The notes: generated by a model from the sequence alone, not told the origin. 64,000 nucleotides of DNA from the human T2T-CHM13v2.0 reference genome, Homo sapiens (GCF_009914755.1 NC_060942.1); one strand, 5' to 3'; shown: positions 17,856-35,342, numbered from the stretch's first letter. A program made the numbers and translations.

Positions 17856-18776
17856 GAACCCTGAAAGATGTTTTCAATACAACTGCCCTAGAAACCATCT
17901 CCACAAAGTGGCTCTCTGCCAGCCCAGCAGACACCAACAACACCTATAAACACAAAAAAGCACTCCTGCATAAAGCCCAGAGCAAGTGCCCCTTTTCCAG
18001 TGCTCTTTAGTTTTCGTCTTAACTGAGTATCTATGCCTTCTGGGCATTTCTGTTTTCTTGGACACATGTCACTCGGTGCTTTCGGCAGACGTGTGGATCA
18101 GCTGAGAGCATGATCCCCGGATGCTCCCTTCAGCCTGACAACATTCGCAGCGCAGGGTGAGCTTCATTGTTTTCAGACCACGGTGGAAAACCAGAGCACA
18201 CCCTAGAGGAAAACACCTAGCAAACCCAGCTAATTACCACACCTCCCATTGGGAACACTAACCTCAAGCAAAAATATAAGACATGTTTCCCTGCAAGTCC
18301 AGCCACGTGTGTCACGTGGAGGGTCCTGGATTTTCAGTGGGCGTCAGCAGAGCTGCCAAACTGCCCTCCAGGCAATCATTAAGAAATTAATCAGCCTGTA
18401 CAGATTTTCAAGCAGATGTTTTATATGGGGATAACATTTTCGGAAAGTCTACCATGTCCTTAGCTGCTGAAAACTCTCAGCAATTTTCTTTTTCTTTTTC
18501 TTTTTTTAATTTTTTTTTAACTCTCAGGAATTTTCCAAGATGAACTACCCATGCATTGAATTTTTCACTGTGCATTCCAAGTTTTGGTTCTGCCCCGCCC
18601 ATCCATATTTCAATCGTTTTTAAGAAAATATTTAGATTGTTTGGGTAAAGGTAAAGGTCTTAATATAAAATGGAAGTTATAATGCATGAAATTTCTTGAG
18701 TCACCTTAAAACAGAGAGGAAATTACTATGGGAAGGGGCTTTTCTTTTCACCAAACACTTTGGCTTTTCCTATTCA

Positions 18777-18820
<44 letters not shown>
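18777..18820. repeat. Compound microsatellite (GT)9(AT)13
   Basis: Read directly. Confidence 0.95.
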
Positions 18821-18877
18821 TACACACTCTCAGATATACTCTACCTATATATAGCCAAAGACATATCTAACCTTTAG

Positions 18878-19040
18878 ACCTGTGCTTCTTAGATTAGGCT
18901 ACATGTGAGAACTACCTGTTGCCCAAGCTGTGCCTTCAGAGACTCCAGTTTTGTTGGTCTGGAGTGGGCCTCAAAATAGTATTTTTTTAAACTTTCCCAG
19001 ATAATTCTAATGGGCAGCCAGAGTTGAGAATCGCCTCTTT
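18878..19040. mobile_element. MER5-like hAT MITE
   Basis: Typical segment TGGTCTGGAGTGGGCC...TTTTTAAACTTTCCCAGATAATTCTAATGGGCAGCCAGAGTTGAGAA. Confidence 0.6.
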
Positions 19041-19806
19041 AGATCATTATCAAGTAATTCAATCATTCTACTGGTAATGTTGCAGGCTCAAAGTGTGTTA
19101 CAGATTTTGAAGTGCAGAGGGTGAGGCTAGCTGCTATGAATTTCAAAGAGGCCTGTGATTTGTCAGGGTTAACCATGTAAACTCTGGAAAGGGTGTTCAA
19201 ATGGAAAAGTTCACACCTACAGAGCTCATTACATGTCTATGAAAGTATAGTGCCCCAGGCATAAGGGTTAAATGCCTACCTGTAGGACAGCCTAAAATAC
19301 GGTTCCTAGATAATTGGAAGTAGGAATTTTTCCACTCTTCACCATGAGACTGTCAAGTCTATTCATCTCCCTATATTCTATTTTCGCTTACAAAACTGGA
19401 GTAATGTTTGCCATAAATCCTATGGCATTATAGCGACAATCAATTGAAAGGCCCTTGGGTGATGATGTACTAATTGACAGTTAGCTGCAAACAGACCCGC
19501 ACTAGCAGTGGATGCCTTTCACAGGTCAATGGCATGTGTATATTTCACAGAGGTCTTCATCCATCCAACCTCACTTTTCTACCAAATACCTTAGATTTCT
19601 CCTCTTTGTGCCCTTCCTCACAAATACTACAACAGTATATTTTTATATCCAATGAGCGCATTTAGAAAAATTTTGTATATTTTGGTTTTCAGCAAGTCCA
19701 TATGCTGGGCTTTGTAGTTTGTCATGGTACGAATAAGTATCACATGATTTTTGAAGGCCTTAATTGCATAGGTACACGAAATGTTTCATCTGCACAACAG
19801 ATTTAA

Positions 19807-20121
<315 letters not shown>

Positions 20122-20323
20122 TGAACCACCGCGCCCGGCCAGATATGTGGTTTCTATATAAAAAAAAGCCCATCTGGTCCGCTATATATTTTTCTCTTGA
20201 CTCAGACCCAAGTCCTACTGTCCATTAAAGTATTTTTGAAGTTGGCATTTCTGGCATCTGAATTTAGACTGCAATTTTGTATGTGATGAGAAATGTCCTA
20301 ATGTCCCCCTGAAATGCACTCAC

Positions 20324-20422
20324 ATAAAGTTGGTCATGGATGTTTGCTCCGTGCTTCAGCAAGGTCTCCACCACCTGCATGTGCCCGTACTGACTGGCAG
20401 CCAACAGGGCGGTGCCCCCGTC
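20324..20422 (-). CDS. ANKRD29: ANKRD29 coding exon 5 (DGGTALLAASQYGHMQVVETLLKHGANIHDQLY)
   Basis: 99 nt, translated by hand; acceptor GTCCATAG, donor GTGAGT; ankyrin consensus. Confidence 0.93.
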
Positions 20423-20508
20423 CTATGGACATGCAAAGTATAAACACATTAGAGGTGGCGCAGGCACATAATTCACCAGCAGATGTTCCTCACATACATA
20501 GAATTTAG

Positions 20509-20943
<435 letters not shown>

Positions 20944-21305
20944 TAGAGATGTATTACAGTTTTTTGACCAAGTTATTTATTGTGAATTAATTTAGAAAAT
21001 TCCTATGCCAAATGCAGCATCATCTATTTGCTTCTCAATATGAGAAACACAGAAGAGAAAGTCTTGTCAGTTCTTGGAATCATCAGAAAAGCCTCCCAGG
21101 GCTTCTAGCCAGAGACTTCCTGGGGAAACGCCGTCTTCTCCCTGTGATGTAACCCAGTGGTAAGCCACTGAGATTAAGGTGTTTGTATGGGGTAACCCTC
21201 TGGGGCCATTGCCCTCATGGGACAAGATCTGCTGCCATTAAAAGAGCGGATAGCTATGGCACATTCTGTGTGTCTCTCACTATCCTACTTAGTATTTTCC
21301 TTTTA

Positions 21306-21572
<267 letters not shown>

Positions 21573-22688
21573 CTAAGCAGGGCACTGTAAAGCACACATG
21601 CTCTGATGTGGAATGGGATATTCCTGTGTTCCATCTACTCTACTTTTATCTCTGCAGCCTAAATTAGAGCTTTTCTACCAACCACATCACACTGCTGACT
21701 CATTGAGTTTGTGGTCAACTAAAATCCTTAATTGTTTTCCTCAGGTGCTACAGCTAAGGCATTCTTTTTTCCCATCTAGCGTTGTTGAGTTGTTTGGCTC
21801 TCTGAACTGGACATCTGAGCTAATTGTAAGTAATTCAAAAACACATAACCTGGTTCTAAAACATGAATCATAAATATAAGATACTGTAGTTTCTAAATTT
21901 GGGCATAAGGTGTTTATTCAAAATGCCTACTCATAGATCCCCACCCTCAGCCCTGCCTTCAGTAGGTCTGGGGTGAGATCCAGAAATATGCCTTTTGACC
22001 AGTCATGTGGGTTGATTGTGTAGGCAGGTGGCAGGTGGGCCTCATGTGGAGAAACACTGCTATAAGAGGTCTCGAATTCGTAGGCAGGTAACATCCTATG
22101 GGGCTGCGTGTGGCTGGGTAGTGCTTCCCCAGAGGCAGGCTCTGTGGTGGGGGAGGGTGCTTGAGATGGGCTTTGAAGTGTGGGGAATGGAGAGGAGGGA
22201 GGCTGAAGGCTGAAGCTGGTGGTAGACGGCAGTGGTGAGGAGGCATCACAGAATTGCGTAACAGCAGGAATAAGCACCATTTCTAAGCTTTATCCTGTCA
22301 ATTTTCCTAGCTAATAAAGTAATAAATTTTCCTGCCTAATAAAGTAACAGAAAAGATAAAATATGAAGATTCTTATGGAGGAACTGCTGTTATTTTTGTA
22401 TGTATGTATGTATGTATGTCAGGGTCCTGCTCTGTCGCCCAGGCTGGCTGCAGTTGTGCAATCATGGCTCACTGCAGCCTTGAACTTTGGGCTCAAGCGA
22501 TCTTCCTGCCCTAGCCTCTTGAGTAGCTGGGACTACAGGTGTATGTTACTGTGCCAGCTTTTAAAATATTTTTTACTTTTTTATAGATGGGGTCTTGCTA
22601 TGTGGCCCAAGCCGGTCTAGAACTCCTGGGCTCAAGCAATCCTCCCACCCTAGCCTCCTGAGTAGCTGGCATCACAATACCTGACTAA

Positions 22689-22829
<141 letters not shown>

Positions 22830-22837
22830 TGATTTAA

Positions 22838-23137
<300 letters not shown>

Positions 23138-23697
23138 TAAAACACAGTTTTGGGGCATATAGATTTAGTAGCAGTGAGAACAATTGTTGAAGCAAAGTTT
23201 TGATGACAGAATCATTTAAAACTGAAAGCCTCTCAGCCCTCTCTTCTTCCCATGGAAAGCTCTTGGATACCTGCAGCTGACCTAATGGAAACCTGTGGAA
23301 TTGCTCATCCTGAGTTCCATGTTCCATGGATTTCTGAGATAGTACAAACTGGCTCATGTACAAAGGCTTTAAGCCAGTATTCACTCGTTAACCAAGAAGA
23401 CTGAAGCAGCCATATGGTCACTCACGATCATTTTGACCTTCGTTCAAAGAGTTGAGATTTAGGTTCATAGGACTTTACTTTCTATTTTTAGTTATCACTT
23501 TTATAATAGAAAATAAACTAATAATGTAAAAAAATATATAGTATTACTGTATGTTATACTCAGTAAGTTTGAAGGCATATACGTAGTACAATAGCAGGTT
23601 TCAGAAAAGACAAAACCTTATATGAAATTCACATCTACTTAATGGTTAGAATTTTATTATTTGATTTATTTTTTTGAGACAGAGTCTTCCTTTGTGA

Positions 23698-23961
<264 letters not shown>

Positions 23962-24172
23962 TAGTTACCATTTTAACAGAAAAAAAATCCCACTGGAAAC
24001 TCCCTTGATATCTAAATAGTCCACAAAAAGGATTAACTAAGAAAACCTAAAAGTTTCCAACTTGCGCACATTTTCAGGAATTTAAAAATTATAATTAGGC
24101 TAGAAATGAGCTGACAATTACAAAAATCTTACGGCAGTTCAAATTCTGCTACTACAAAATATTATCATGTAA

Positions 24173-24382
<210 letters not shown>

Positions 24383-25109
24383 TGAGTAGCTGGGATTACA
24401 GGCATGTGCCATCACGCCTGGCTAATTTTTTTTTGTATTTTTAGTAGAGACAGGGTTTCACCATGTTGATCAGGCCGGTCTCGAACTCCTAACCTCGTGA
24501 TCCCCCTGCCTCGGCCTCCCAAAGTGTTGGGATTACAGGCATGAACCACCGCGCCTAGCCAATTACTTCTTTAAAGGAAGAACCACTATATAGTTTCCCA
24601 ACTATGTAAACTGTAGCTATGTATTATGTATTTCAGTGAGGATAGCTCATGAAAGTAAGCTGTCTGCCAAACCACCCTCTTTAGAAATGTCTCAGATCTA
24701 GTAGGATCAGATTAATACTTCCAACAATTCCTATCATAGTATCAGAATTAATCTTCAGTGGGAAAAAGAACATGGAAACAGGGAAAGTTAGAAAGCCACT
24801 GCTACTGTATCCCTCCTGGTTACAAAATTTAGTGTTCTACAGTAGAAAGGTATCAGTTCAGGAAAGGATAGAAGTAATTCCCCATAAAATTTTCCAATTG
24901 TGAGCCCAGAGTAAAAATGTAACGTTTTGAATAGAACCCTTAGAGCTACCCCTGAACCACTACAAGTAACCTTGAGGAAATCCACTTACTTAGGTTTGAG
25001 AATCTTGTAAAAAGGGAAACATAAATTCGTACCATAGATGAGGAGAAAAGCAATACCCATGGCTGCTGAAATTCTTCAACATAATACAAAATCAAGAAGG
25101 TTATCTCAC

Positions 25110-25208
25110 TTTGGTCCTAAATTCAGTGGATGCTCCAAATCCAAAGAGAAATCTCACGACATCATTATGGCCTTGCTGGGCGGCAAAGAATAGGGCAGTT
25201 GTACCTGA
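25110..25208 (-). CDS. ANKRD29: ANKRD29 coding exon 4 (SGTTALFFAAQQGHNDVVRFLFGFGASTEFRTK)
   Basis: 99 nt, translated by hand (absent from the ORF track); acceptor CTCTCTCCCAG, donor GTGAGA. Confidence 0.93.
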
Positions 25209-25395
25209 CTGGGAGAGAGGGAGAGGCTAGTTTTAAAAGACATTTGGTTATCTTACATTTGATTTGAACATCTGCAAAGAAAACAAAACAATATCCTTGC
25301 ATAGAAAACTTCTAGCCTAGGAAGGGGCTAAATTTGAACAGATTCTTATTTTTTGGTCAGAGAAGTGACAAAAGGAAAGGAAAACTTTATTCTTA

Positions 25396-26649
<1,254 letters not shown>

Positions 26650-27280
26650 TTTGGTATAGTGTTTGGTAAACACTAGCATTCCTTAATACAGGGAAGAATT
26701 CAAATTACAAATTTTAGCGCCCCAGAGTGGAAGACTACTTGTACAAGAAGGAAAATAAGTAATTCACCCACAAACTTCTCCAATTGCAAGCCCAGAGTCA
26801 AAATGAGCTCAAAACATTTCTCAAAATGGGACATAATAACAAGAAACATCCTGATTCTAAAATTTAAACTGATCATGACATTCTGAGACACAGTTTTTAG
26901 CATCCTCCCTTCCTATCTACTTTTACAAGTCTACTCAAAGATTGGTACCCAAATCACTGTGTAATATGAGCAAAATAATGAACCATTCTTGTGGGCAACA
27001 TACATTTTTCCTATAGAGTACTCTTCACTTCTGAGCTTGGAGCTTGGGACAAAGCTAATACCACACCTTACCAGACACAGTGAAAAGAAATCCCTTTTTC
27101 CATAGTTTACCCAAAGCTGTTAAGATGGTAGGTCTCACTCATGTGTGAAAAGCTGAGGACAGCCTGGCCTATAAGCTAGTGATCATGCTTAAAACTTGTT
27201 CTTAAGGGCCTGGGTGTCTCTGTGAATATGTACGTGTGTGCATGCATGTGTGGGATGGGAGTGGGGACAATAAGACCCAC

Positions 27281-29384
27281 TGAGACAGGCAGGATCCACC
27301 CACTTGTTTGCCTGTTTTTAAATGTGGTCTAGAAAAAAAAAAGCCCCTTACTCAAGCTGTAGCTTGCCTAACTTCTCACTGATGGCAGTGGTGGCCTGTC
27401 TGGAGCAGCAGCTGCGAAGATGCAGGCTGCCACAGGGGAGGTGCAGCTGGGGCTGCATGCTCCTCAGGTCCAGTGGGAGCTGGAAGCAGGTGGGAGCCCC
27501 ATCCCCTATTGAGTTGGCTGTGCGGGAGCAGCCATGCCCAGCTGCAGCTCCGGTTCTGGGCATCCCTGTGCTCTCTGGGCCTGGGAAGCCCCCATTACCC
27601 CCACAGGCTTGGAAGTGCCTGCTCCTGCTCCCTGGCCTCTCCCCACTCCCGGCACCTGCTCCAGTGCGGAGCAAAGCTGTAGCCGAGCCTGGGTGCTGTC
27701 TGTCATGACCTGGCTAGGGGAGAGCATGCTTGAGGTGTGTATGCTTGAGGTGGTGTTGACATGCCAGCCTTGCCCCCCAACCTTGGCCCCCTCCGGACTT
27801 TGGGTGCTGACAAGCACAGGAGGGAGGCTGAGGGGCTGAGGGCAGCTAGGTGTGGGCCTGTAGGCGCCCCTTGGCAGGAACAGCCTGGGTGCCGTGGATG
27901 GCATGTTGATGGTGAGAGGCAGACACGTTCCCACCCATGGCTTCCCATGGACCAATCAGCACACACTCCCTCCTTTCTGAGCCCATAAAAACCTCTGACT
28001 CAGCCAGATTCAAAAAGATGTCCCGACTACCAGCTGCTGGAAGGATCTACCCATTGTGGGTCTCCTGTCCACTGAGAGCAGGACACAGAGGTCAGGACTA
28101 CCAGCTACAGGAAGGAACTACACACTGTGGGTCTCCTCTCTGCTGAGAGCTGGACCCAGATATCGGGACTACCAGCTGCGGGAGGAGCTATCCATTTTGG
28201 GTCTCCTCAGATCATCAGGATGACTTGCCTGCGGAAAGGCGCTACCCACTATGGGTCTCCTCTCCACTGAGAGCTGAACACTTGTTAGGATGACCTGCCT
28301 GCAGAAAAGAGCCACCCACTTTGGGTCTCCTGGGAGGTGTTCTGTCACTCAATGAAGCTCCTCTCCACTTTGTTCACCCTCCAGTTGTTTGCATACCTCA
28401 TTCTTCTTGGATGCGGGACAAGAATTTAGGACCTGGCGAATGACCCTGTTTATAACACAAACAGGGCTGAAACACGCCTTCTGCTTGCCACATTGCAGGC
28501 AATGAGGAGAGAGGAGCTACAGCCCTTTGGGGAGCCCAGACCTAGGGGCTCCCTGAGCCAGGGCTATGATATCCTCTTTGGGGCTCTGCGGTTCCTGGCA
28601 TCTCCAAGCTCCCAGGCACCACTACATTCCCTGGTGCCTGCAGCGGAAGCCACTTGCGGTACATCTGGTCCAGCCACAGCCTCACACAGAGCTGGCACCT
28701 GTGCCAGTGGCTGGAGCTGCCTGCCTCGCCACAGCTGGCATGCCTGGTTGTGTGCAGTGGCTGGACCCCATGCTTGCTCACACACCTGGCTTGCCCTTGG
28801 CAGGCATGGGACCTGGGCTGGTAGGGTGAACCAAGTGCAACCTGCTGGGCCAAGTGGGCAGAATGAGCCCAACGGGCCTGAGCAACACTTGGGCAGAAGG
28901 CGCTGCTAGCCATGGAGGTTTCCAGCTGGCAAAGTGACACCCTAAGGATCCTGTGACAGCCAATCAGCAACAAAAGACCCAAGAAACTATCCAGAAGTTC
29001 TCACTTTAGGTGGGTAGGGACTTCCTGGGGCCCTGCATGCACAGTTAGACTTAAACTTCAACTTACAGTCACCTCTTCCTTATCTTAATGCTAAAAATCA
29101 CACCTGAAGGTGGAGATTTAAAATGCTAATCTTACATGCAATGATTAAAAAGCATATTGAGCTACTGTGCAAGTGCTGTACATGCCCTGACTAAACCCTT
29201 CCCTGTAAAAAGACCCTATAAAACAAACTCACATACTTCTCTTGGGGAGCAGGCAACCCTTTTCCTTTCCATAAGGGAACCTGGTTCTCTTATGCACAAG
29301 CTAAACAAACTTCCTCTTTGCTATCTGACAATCTCTTTTGACTTCTATCCTGGGAGATTATAAGAATCTAGGGTGCTGATAACA
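27281..29384 (+). mobile_element. ERV1-class solo LTR (outer; family uncertain, MER66/MER41-like) split by a MER52 insertion
   Basis: TG...CA ends with 4-bp TSD CCAC (27277-27280 and 29385-29388); TATA-like CCTATAAAA at ~29215. Confidence 0.7.
27380..28958 (+). mobile_element. MER52-family ERV1 solo LTR (~1.6 kb, GC-rich)
   Basis: Starts TGATGGCAGTGGTGGCC and ends GATCCTGTGACA; CCAAT at 27952, CATAAAA at 27984; internal imperfect repeats 28020-28335. Confidence 0.75.
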
Positions 29385-32300
29385 CCACCACTGAGGGAGA
29401 ACATGTAACACCTTCCTAGTCAGATATAACCCACATCAGGCTGTGCCCTCAGCCAGACTCTGTCCCAGGAAGGCACAGGCATTGTGACCATTCACAGGGC
29501 CTTTCTGCCTGCAATGCAGGTGTGATTTTCTCCTTGGTTCCCACAGAAATAAGTGGGAAGCATCCTCCCACTGCTTTATTACAGTTGATGATGCTGGGTT
29601 CCGGAAACCTTAGGGAATTAATAGTTCTGGAGGAAGAAACTTGGCTAGAATAGGAAAACTCTCACCTTCTCAATAGATATTAAATTTTAGAGACTACCAA
29701 AGGTCTTTTCTAGAAGTTGTTTCTTTAGTAAGATAAATAATTTGCTTTTCAATAGGCTTTCTTGGTACATTAATTACATAAATCATTATTAGAGCAGTTT
29801 GAGCTGATTTTAGAACATACATACTACTATTAATCATTCTGTACCTCAATGCAGCAATCCATAAATAGGAGCTATACCTTAGTCTGGAATGTGAATAAAA
29901 GTTTTAAATATGTGTGCCTTACTTCAGGGCTTCATGCCAACTGTATGTGCAGCTCCTATGCCTGAGAGGTGTCATCAGCCAATTGTGGGTTCTTTACAGC
30001 AATAGTGTTTCAGGAACATTAGTTTCCAGTTTGTCTCTCTAGCAAGCTCTGTGTATCTAGAGAGCTGACCTAAGCAAGGAGTGGCAGGTAGTTTTTCAGG
30101 AGACAAATATTCTGATATTGCAAAGTGGATTAACTAACAATGGATCAAGGCAGAAGTCTGCCATAGGAGTAAGTTTCAAAGCACTGCAAGGCACTCTTAG
30201 CTTCCAAAACTGGTACAGGAGGCTGAGGTCTGCCTTTGGCTTGGCAGCCCTCTTGCCCCAGACTGACACAGTCTCAGGAAATTCAGGGACTGCCAGGAAC
30301 TTACATAGCACCATCATTTGAGCCACGCAGGTTACCTTTAAGCTGAGTACACTTTGGTAAATCTTCAAAGGCTTTTGTTCTCAGTGCTACGAGAGTTTTC
30401 ATCTCCAAGATTAGTTGAGCAATTGGAACCAAATGGATAAATATAAAACCATAGAAACCATAGACTGGCTAGAAATCAAATACTTCTCTCCTCTTCTAGC
30501 TGCTTTTCTCAGTTGTTTCAGAGAGATTTTTGTGCATGTGCAATTTGTCCTTCAGGATAAAGTTTTTAAAGTAAACCAGATCTGGACCATATTGTTTTTA
30601 TTAGAGAAAAACTGTCTTTAAAGTTGTAATAAACAAAGACCATAAAGCAGAGAGGAAAAATAAAAAGATTAAAGTAATTTTAAACTGTAATTCTAAGTGG
30701 GTCCAGATATTTTCATCCCACAGGAAAATTAAGTGCTGAAGTGAAAATGACCTCAAACAACGATCTAGTGTTATGGAAATTGCACCAAAGAATCTGTTTG
30801 TGAGAAGACTGCATTTGCTGTAGTCTCTTTATACTGCTCCTCTCAAGAGACCAGGCCTGTTGATCCAGGGCTACAGAGACCCAGTCCCAGATTCTGCATG
30901 TCACTCTTTCATGGTCCACAGCCAAGGCCTCCAACACCCAGACGGGTGGTGGGAAGGACATCTGGATGTGTCTTGGAACTCTATTTTTGAGTCAGGGTCT
31001 CTCTGCATTGCCTAGGCTGGTAGTACAATCATGGCTCACTGCAGCCTGTAACTTCTGGGCTTAAACGAGCCTCTAGCCTGAGCCTCTCAAGTAACTGGTA
31101 CTATAGGTGTAGACCACCATGTCTGGCTAAATTTTTAAATTTTTTTGTAGAGATGGGGTCTTGCTATGTTGCCCAGGCCTATGTTACACCTGGAACTCTT
31201 GACACAGTCCTGAGACCTGATGTGTCTTAATTTGCTCCACTCAGAGGTGACGGTCCAGGCTGGAAGAATGAGATATACGATATACTGGCTTGATGAAAGT
31301 TTGGTTGGTGAATTGTCTTTCTAAAATGTTGCAAGGCATGACCTGGGATAAAATAAGGCTGGACCAAGGAAAACCAAGTGGTTCAGTCTGGACTTGCCCA
31401 GGAAGCCCATCTCAGGTCTGAGTCAGTGTGAACTGAGAGGTCAGATACACTCTAGGGGTGACCTGAGCGTGTGTCTCCATAAAGATTAGTTTACCAGGTC
31501 CTGGGTCAGCTTGGAAATATATGGATGGAGCTTTCTCAGAATTGAGCCCCAAAGTATGTTAAAATGTCCCAGCCTAGGCAATCCCGGCACTTTGGGAGGC
31601 TGATGTGGGCAGATCACGAGGTCAGGAGATCGAGACCATCTTGGCCACCATGGTGAAACCCCATGTCTACTAAAAATACAGAAAATTAGCTGGGCGTGGT
31701 GGCACACACCTGCAGTCCCAGCTACTCGGGAGGCTGAGGCATGAGAATCACTTGAACCTGGGAGGTGGAGGTTGCATGAGCCGAGGTTGCGCCATTGCAC
31801 TCCAGCCTGGGCCACAGGGCGAGACTCCATCTTAAAAAAAAGTCCCAGACTCCCTTCTGCTTCTCTAGATTAGACCAAGAATGGATCCTCAAGCAAGACC
31901 AAACTCCCAAGATTGTCCTTGAATGAAGTGTGGGAACAGGCTCACATTTTTGTCCAGTGTTGACCCATACGGCTTTTTCCAGGAGAGCTTATTTAATTCA
32001 TGGCCAGTTAGAGAGCAGTCCTTTGAAAACATGGTTTGGGGAGGATGATTGAGACATCCTAGCAAGTGAGCCTCATTACAAATAGGCTGGTGACTCAACT
32101 CTTCTAAAAATATAATGATCTATATGAAAATGCTATAAATCCTACAGTATCTCATCCCAAGGGAGTAATAAAGAACTGATTTAAGCTTGATAAAAAAAAA
32201 AGTGTGAGTGTTTATAGGCAGGTGGTAAGAGGTTTGGTTACCTCAGATATGCCCGACAGGCTACGCTCAAATGCATTATAACTGCTAGTACGTTGCTGGA

Positions 32301-32448
32301 CCTCATTGTAGGCACAATAAACTCTGCAATGGGCTTTAATGTGGGAGAAAAGCAATGATGGCTCTTGTCCCCCATACCAGTTCACTATCATGAAAACTTC
32401 AGATCTCTGAGCCTGGTCATTTTTCTTCAAGTGCAAAGCCTGACCTAC

Positions 32449-32547
32449 CTCTCTCTGGAGATTGATGTCTGCTCCTTGCAGAACCAGTTCCCTCACACAG
32501 TCTATGTGGCCAGCGTAGGCAGCAACCATCAGGAGTGTGGTGCCATG
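32449..32547 (-). CDS. ANKRD29: ANKRD29 coding exon 3 (HGTTLLMVAAYAGHIDCVRELVLQGADINLQRE)
   Basis: 99 nt; acceptor CTCCATCCAG, donor GTAGGT; one ankyrin repeat. Confidence 0.95.
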
Positions 32548-33775
32548 CTGGATGGAGGAGAGACAGATGAAGAGTTAGGCCACTGCTATGTCAGAGAGAA
32601 GGGTCCTAGAGAAGATGCTGCAGAGATGTCAGCTCCACTCAGAACACATCCAAGGGCAAAATTCCCTGCAGTGATAAAAGTGGTCATGAATAATCTCATC
32701 ATGCAGCCTAGATGGGAAAAAGCAAAGTGACAAATTGCTGAGGTTGGAATTTTCGATGTAAAAATTCACTTACTTCCATTACCTTCAGAAGCACAGTCCA
32801 AATGAACCATAGTTACTGCATTTTAAGGCAGCGATGATATATTGCTCTCATTTTATGATTCCTATTAAATGATTCCTGAGCCAAAACATTGCTATTAATG
32901 CAAAAGAAAAATTAAATGGTACCATCTGATTTTCCATATTTAAAAGTCTTCATCTTCAAAATGATTCAGGTAAAGATGTATGGCACCAGGTGAAATGAGA
33001 GACTACAGAGTTGAGAGTCAGGAGCTGTGGGGGCTAAACCCAGGTAGCTGTCACTGACCAACAGTGTAACCTGGGCAAGTTGCTTACAATTACTTGGACT
33101 CATTTATTTCATTTTTAAAATGAGCGGTTGGATGGGATGATCACCAAAGTCTGTCCCAGCTTTAAGATTCAAGGACCTGAGGTGTACCATGTGATATGGA
33201 CCCTTCTAATTGAAGTGGGCATTTGCAGTTTGACTTACAGTTGTTTTCAAGCACTTGAAATTGTAATCTTAGCTACCACCTCTGCATATTCAGCAACCTG
33301 CTGCTCAGAAGTGGATGATGAGAGAGACAGGTGACTCTGCACACAGGGGAGGCTCATTAGGTATAGGGTAATTAAGTGAATTTTGGAGGCTTCGTGTTAT
33401 TTTCATCTACGGGATTTTGTAGGAAGGCAGTATTGCTGAGTAGTCACTGACAGTATGATCTTGGGCACATCATGTAACCCTTAAGTCTCATTCTCTTCAT
33501 CTGAAATATGGGGGAATAATAAAAGTATCCACCTGATTAAATTACTGAATGAGATAAGTCAGGCAATATGGTTAACATAGTAATGGTAGATATTCGTTCA
33601 GTAAGTGTTAGATATTAAAATAACATTACGATAATTCAATGTTAGGCTGTCATCTGGCTTTTGTTGACTTCTGTCAATGGCCATGCTAGTTTTGTGAAAG
33701 TCTTGTTGGCTTTATGTAAAAAGTATCGGTAAAGTAACGAAGTAACGAAGTAACAAAAAGCTAATGGCTTCTTAG

Positions 33776-33907
<132 letters not shown>

Positions 33908-35342
33908 TAGCTGGGATTACAGGCGCCTGCCACCACGCCCAGCTAATTTTTGTATTTTTAGTAGAGGCGGGTTTCTCCGTGTTGGCCACGGTGACAACTG
34001 GTGTTTCTGCCCTACAGTTTTCCCACTGTGATGTAGGAACCAGCCCCGTAAAACCCAAATAAGACCAAGATGGCCAGTTCACAGATGCCCAAGACTTGAC
34101 AGCAGCCCGAGTTCTGGCAAGGAACAGATGGTACATTCAGATTGGGATAATTGGAAGAAAGTGTAATAAAGAGACTATTAAGCTGAGGCCTGGGTGTAGG
34201 GCATCTACAAAGAACAGCACAGTACTGGGATCTAGGAACAGTGGGGGTCCATGACCAGCTGAGGCCTGAAGGTGCCAGGGGGGAAGGGAGCGGCTCCCAG
34301 GATGCAGAGAACAGTGGGGCGCTGCTGCCAGACAGAAACAGGGAGGGCGGTGGGCTCCCTGATGTCCCTCTCCTCCTACCCTCTGACTCCTGCAGATGCT
34401 CCTATGGGCCAAACACAACTGGAGGCCAGAGGAAAGCGAGTCTGCTGGAGCAGTACATACAATTCAGACTGTGGGACTAAGAGCGAGAAGGGTGTGGAGT
34501 GGGTCTGGAGGTGTAACCAAAGATATCCCGTAAACCAAAGATATCCTACTGTGATGCCCCCACGGGGCCAACTGGGGCAAACTGCTATTTCACTTTTGGG
34601 CTTGTGGTAGATTTCAAATTTGTACAATAAAAGCTGGAAATGGCACACCCTGTTTTCAGGAAAACAAAGCTCCTTTGAAACATTTTTATTCAAATCCTAA
34701 AATCAAAACATCATTGCTCGCTCCCTTTCCTCATTGGAGGTCCTCTTGGTCCCAGAGATGAGAAGTCTTGCTGAGGACAGAAAAACGATTGCCTCTAGCT
34801 GGGGATGGAAAAGCTCTCTAAGTGGTATCTGCCAGTGGGCAGTAGTATCTATTTTTGTTTCCCTTTTTAAATTGCCAATTAGTGTATTTATGTTTTCAAG
34901 AGGTAATGAAAGGATAAAATCCTGGGGGAGGCTTCAATTTTTTTTTTCTCATCCTTGTAGAAGAAACATAACGCCCACATCCATGGCAGCCCACTTGTGC
35001 TCTAAATTATCTCCATCTTTTCATGGAAGTGGTTGGCTTGAATTCTTTCACTAAACAGGCTTTTCTTCTTGTAATCTGCCAATTCTGATTCCCAGTGAAG
35101 TGCCTCTTTCCCTATTGTGGTTGCCTTCTGTTTTATGCATTTCATTGTTTCCTTTTCTTTCTGACTTCCCCCAGCATGTTTTTAAGTTCACCACAGTACC
35201 TTGGATGTTTTAAAAAGGATAAAGCAAGCAAACACATGAAAAAGTAAATAAGCATTGTAAAGGGGAATGTATTCCTGAGGTGCTCCTGTGCCCACAGAGG
35301 GCAATGGTGCATGCTGGGCATGCATCTACCGAACCACCGTAC

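Noticed and set aside
28020-28335. Five spaced imperfect repeats (…ACCCAC/TT…GGGTCTCCT…) that resemble a CRISPR array
   Set aside because: Degenerate internal repeats of the MER52 LTR in a primate genome; no unique spacers and no cas genes
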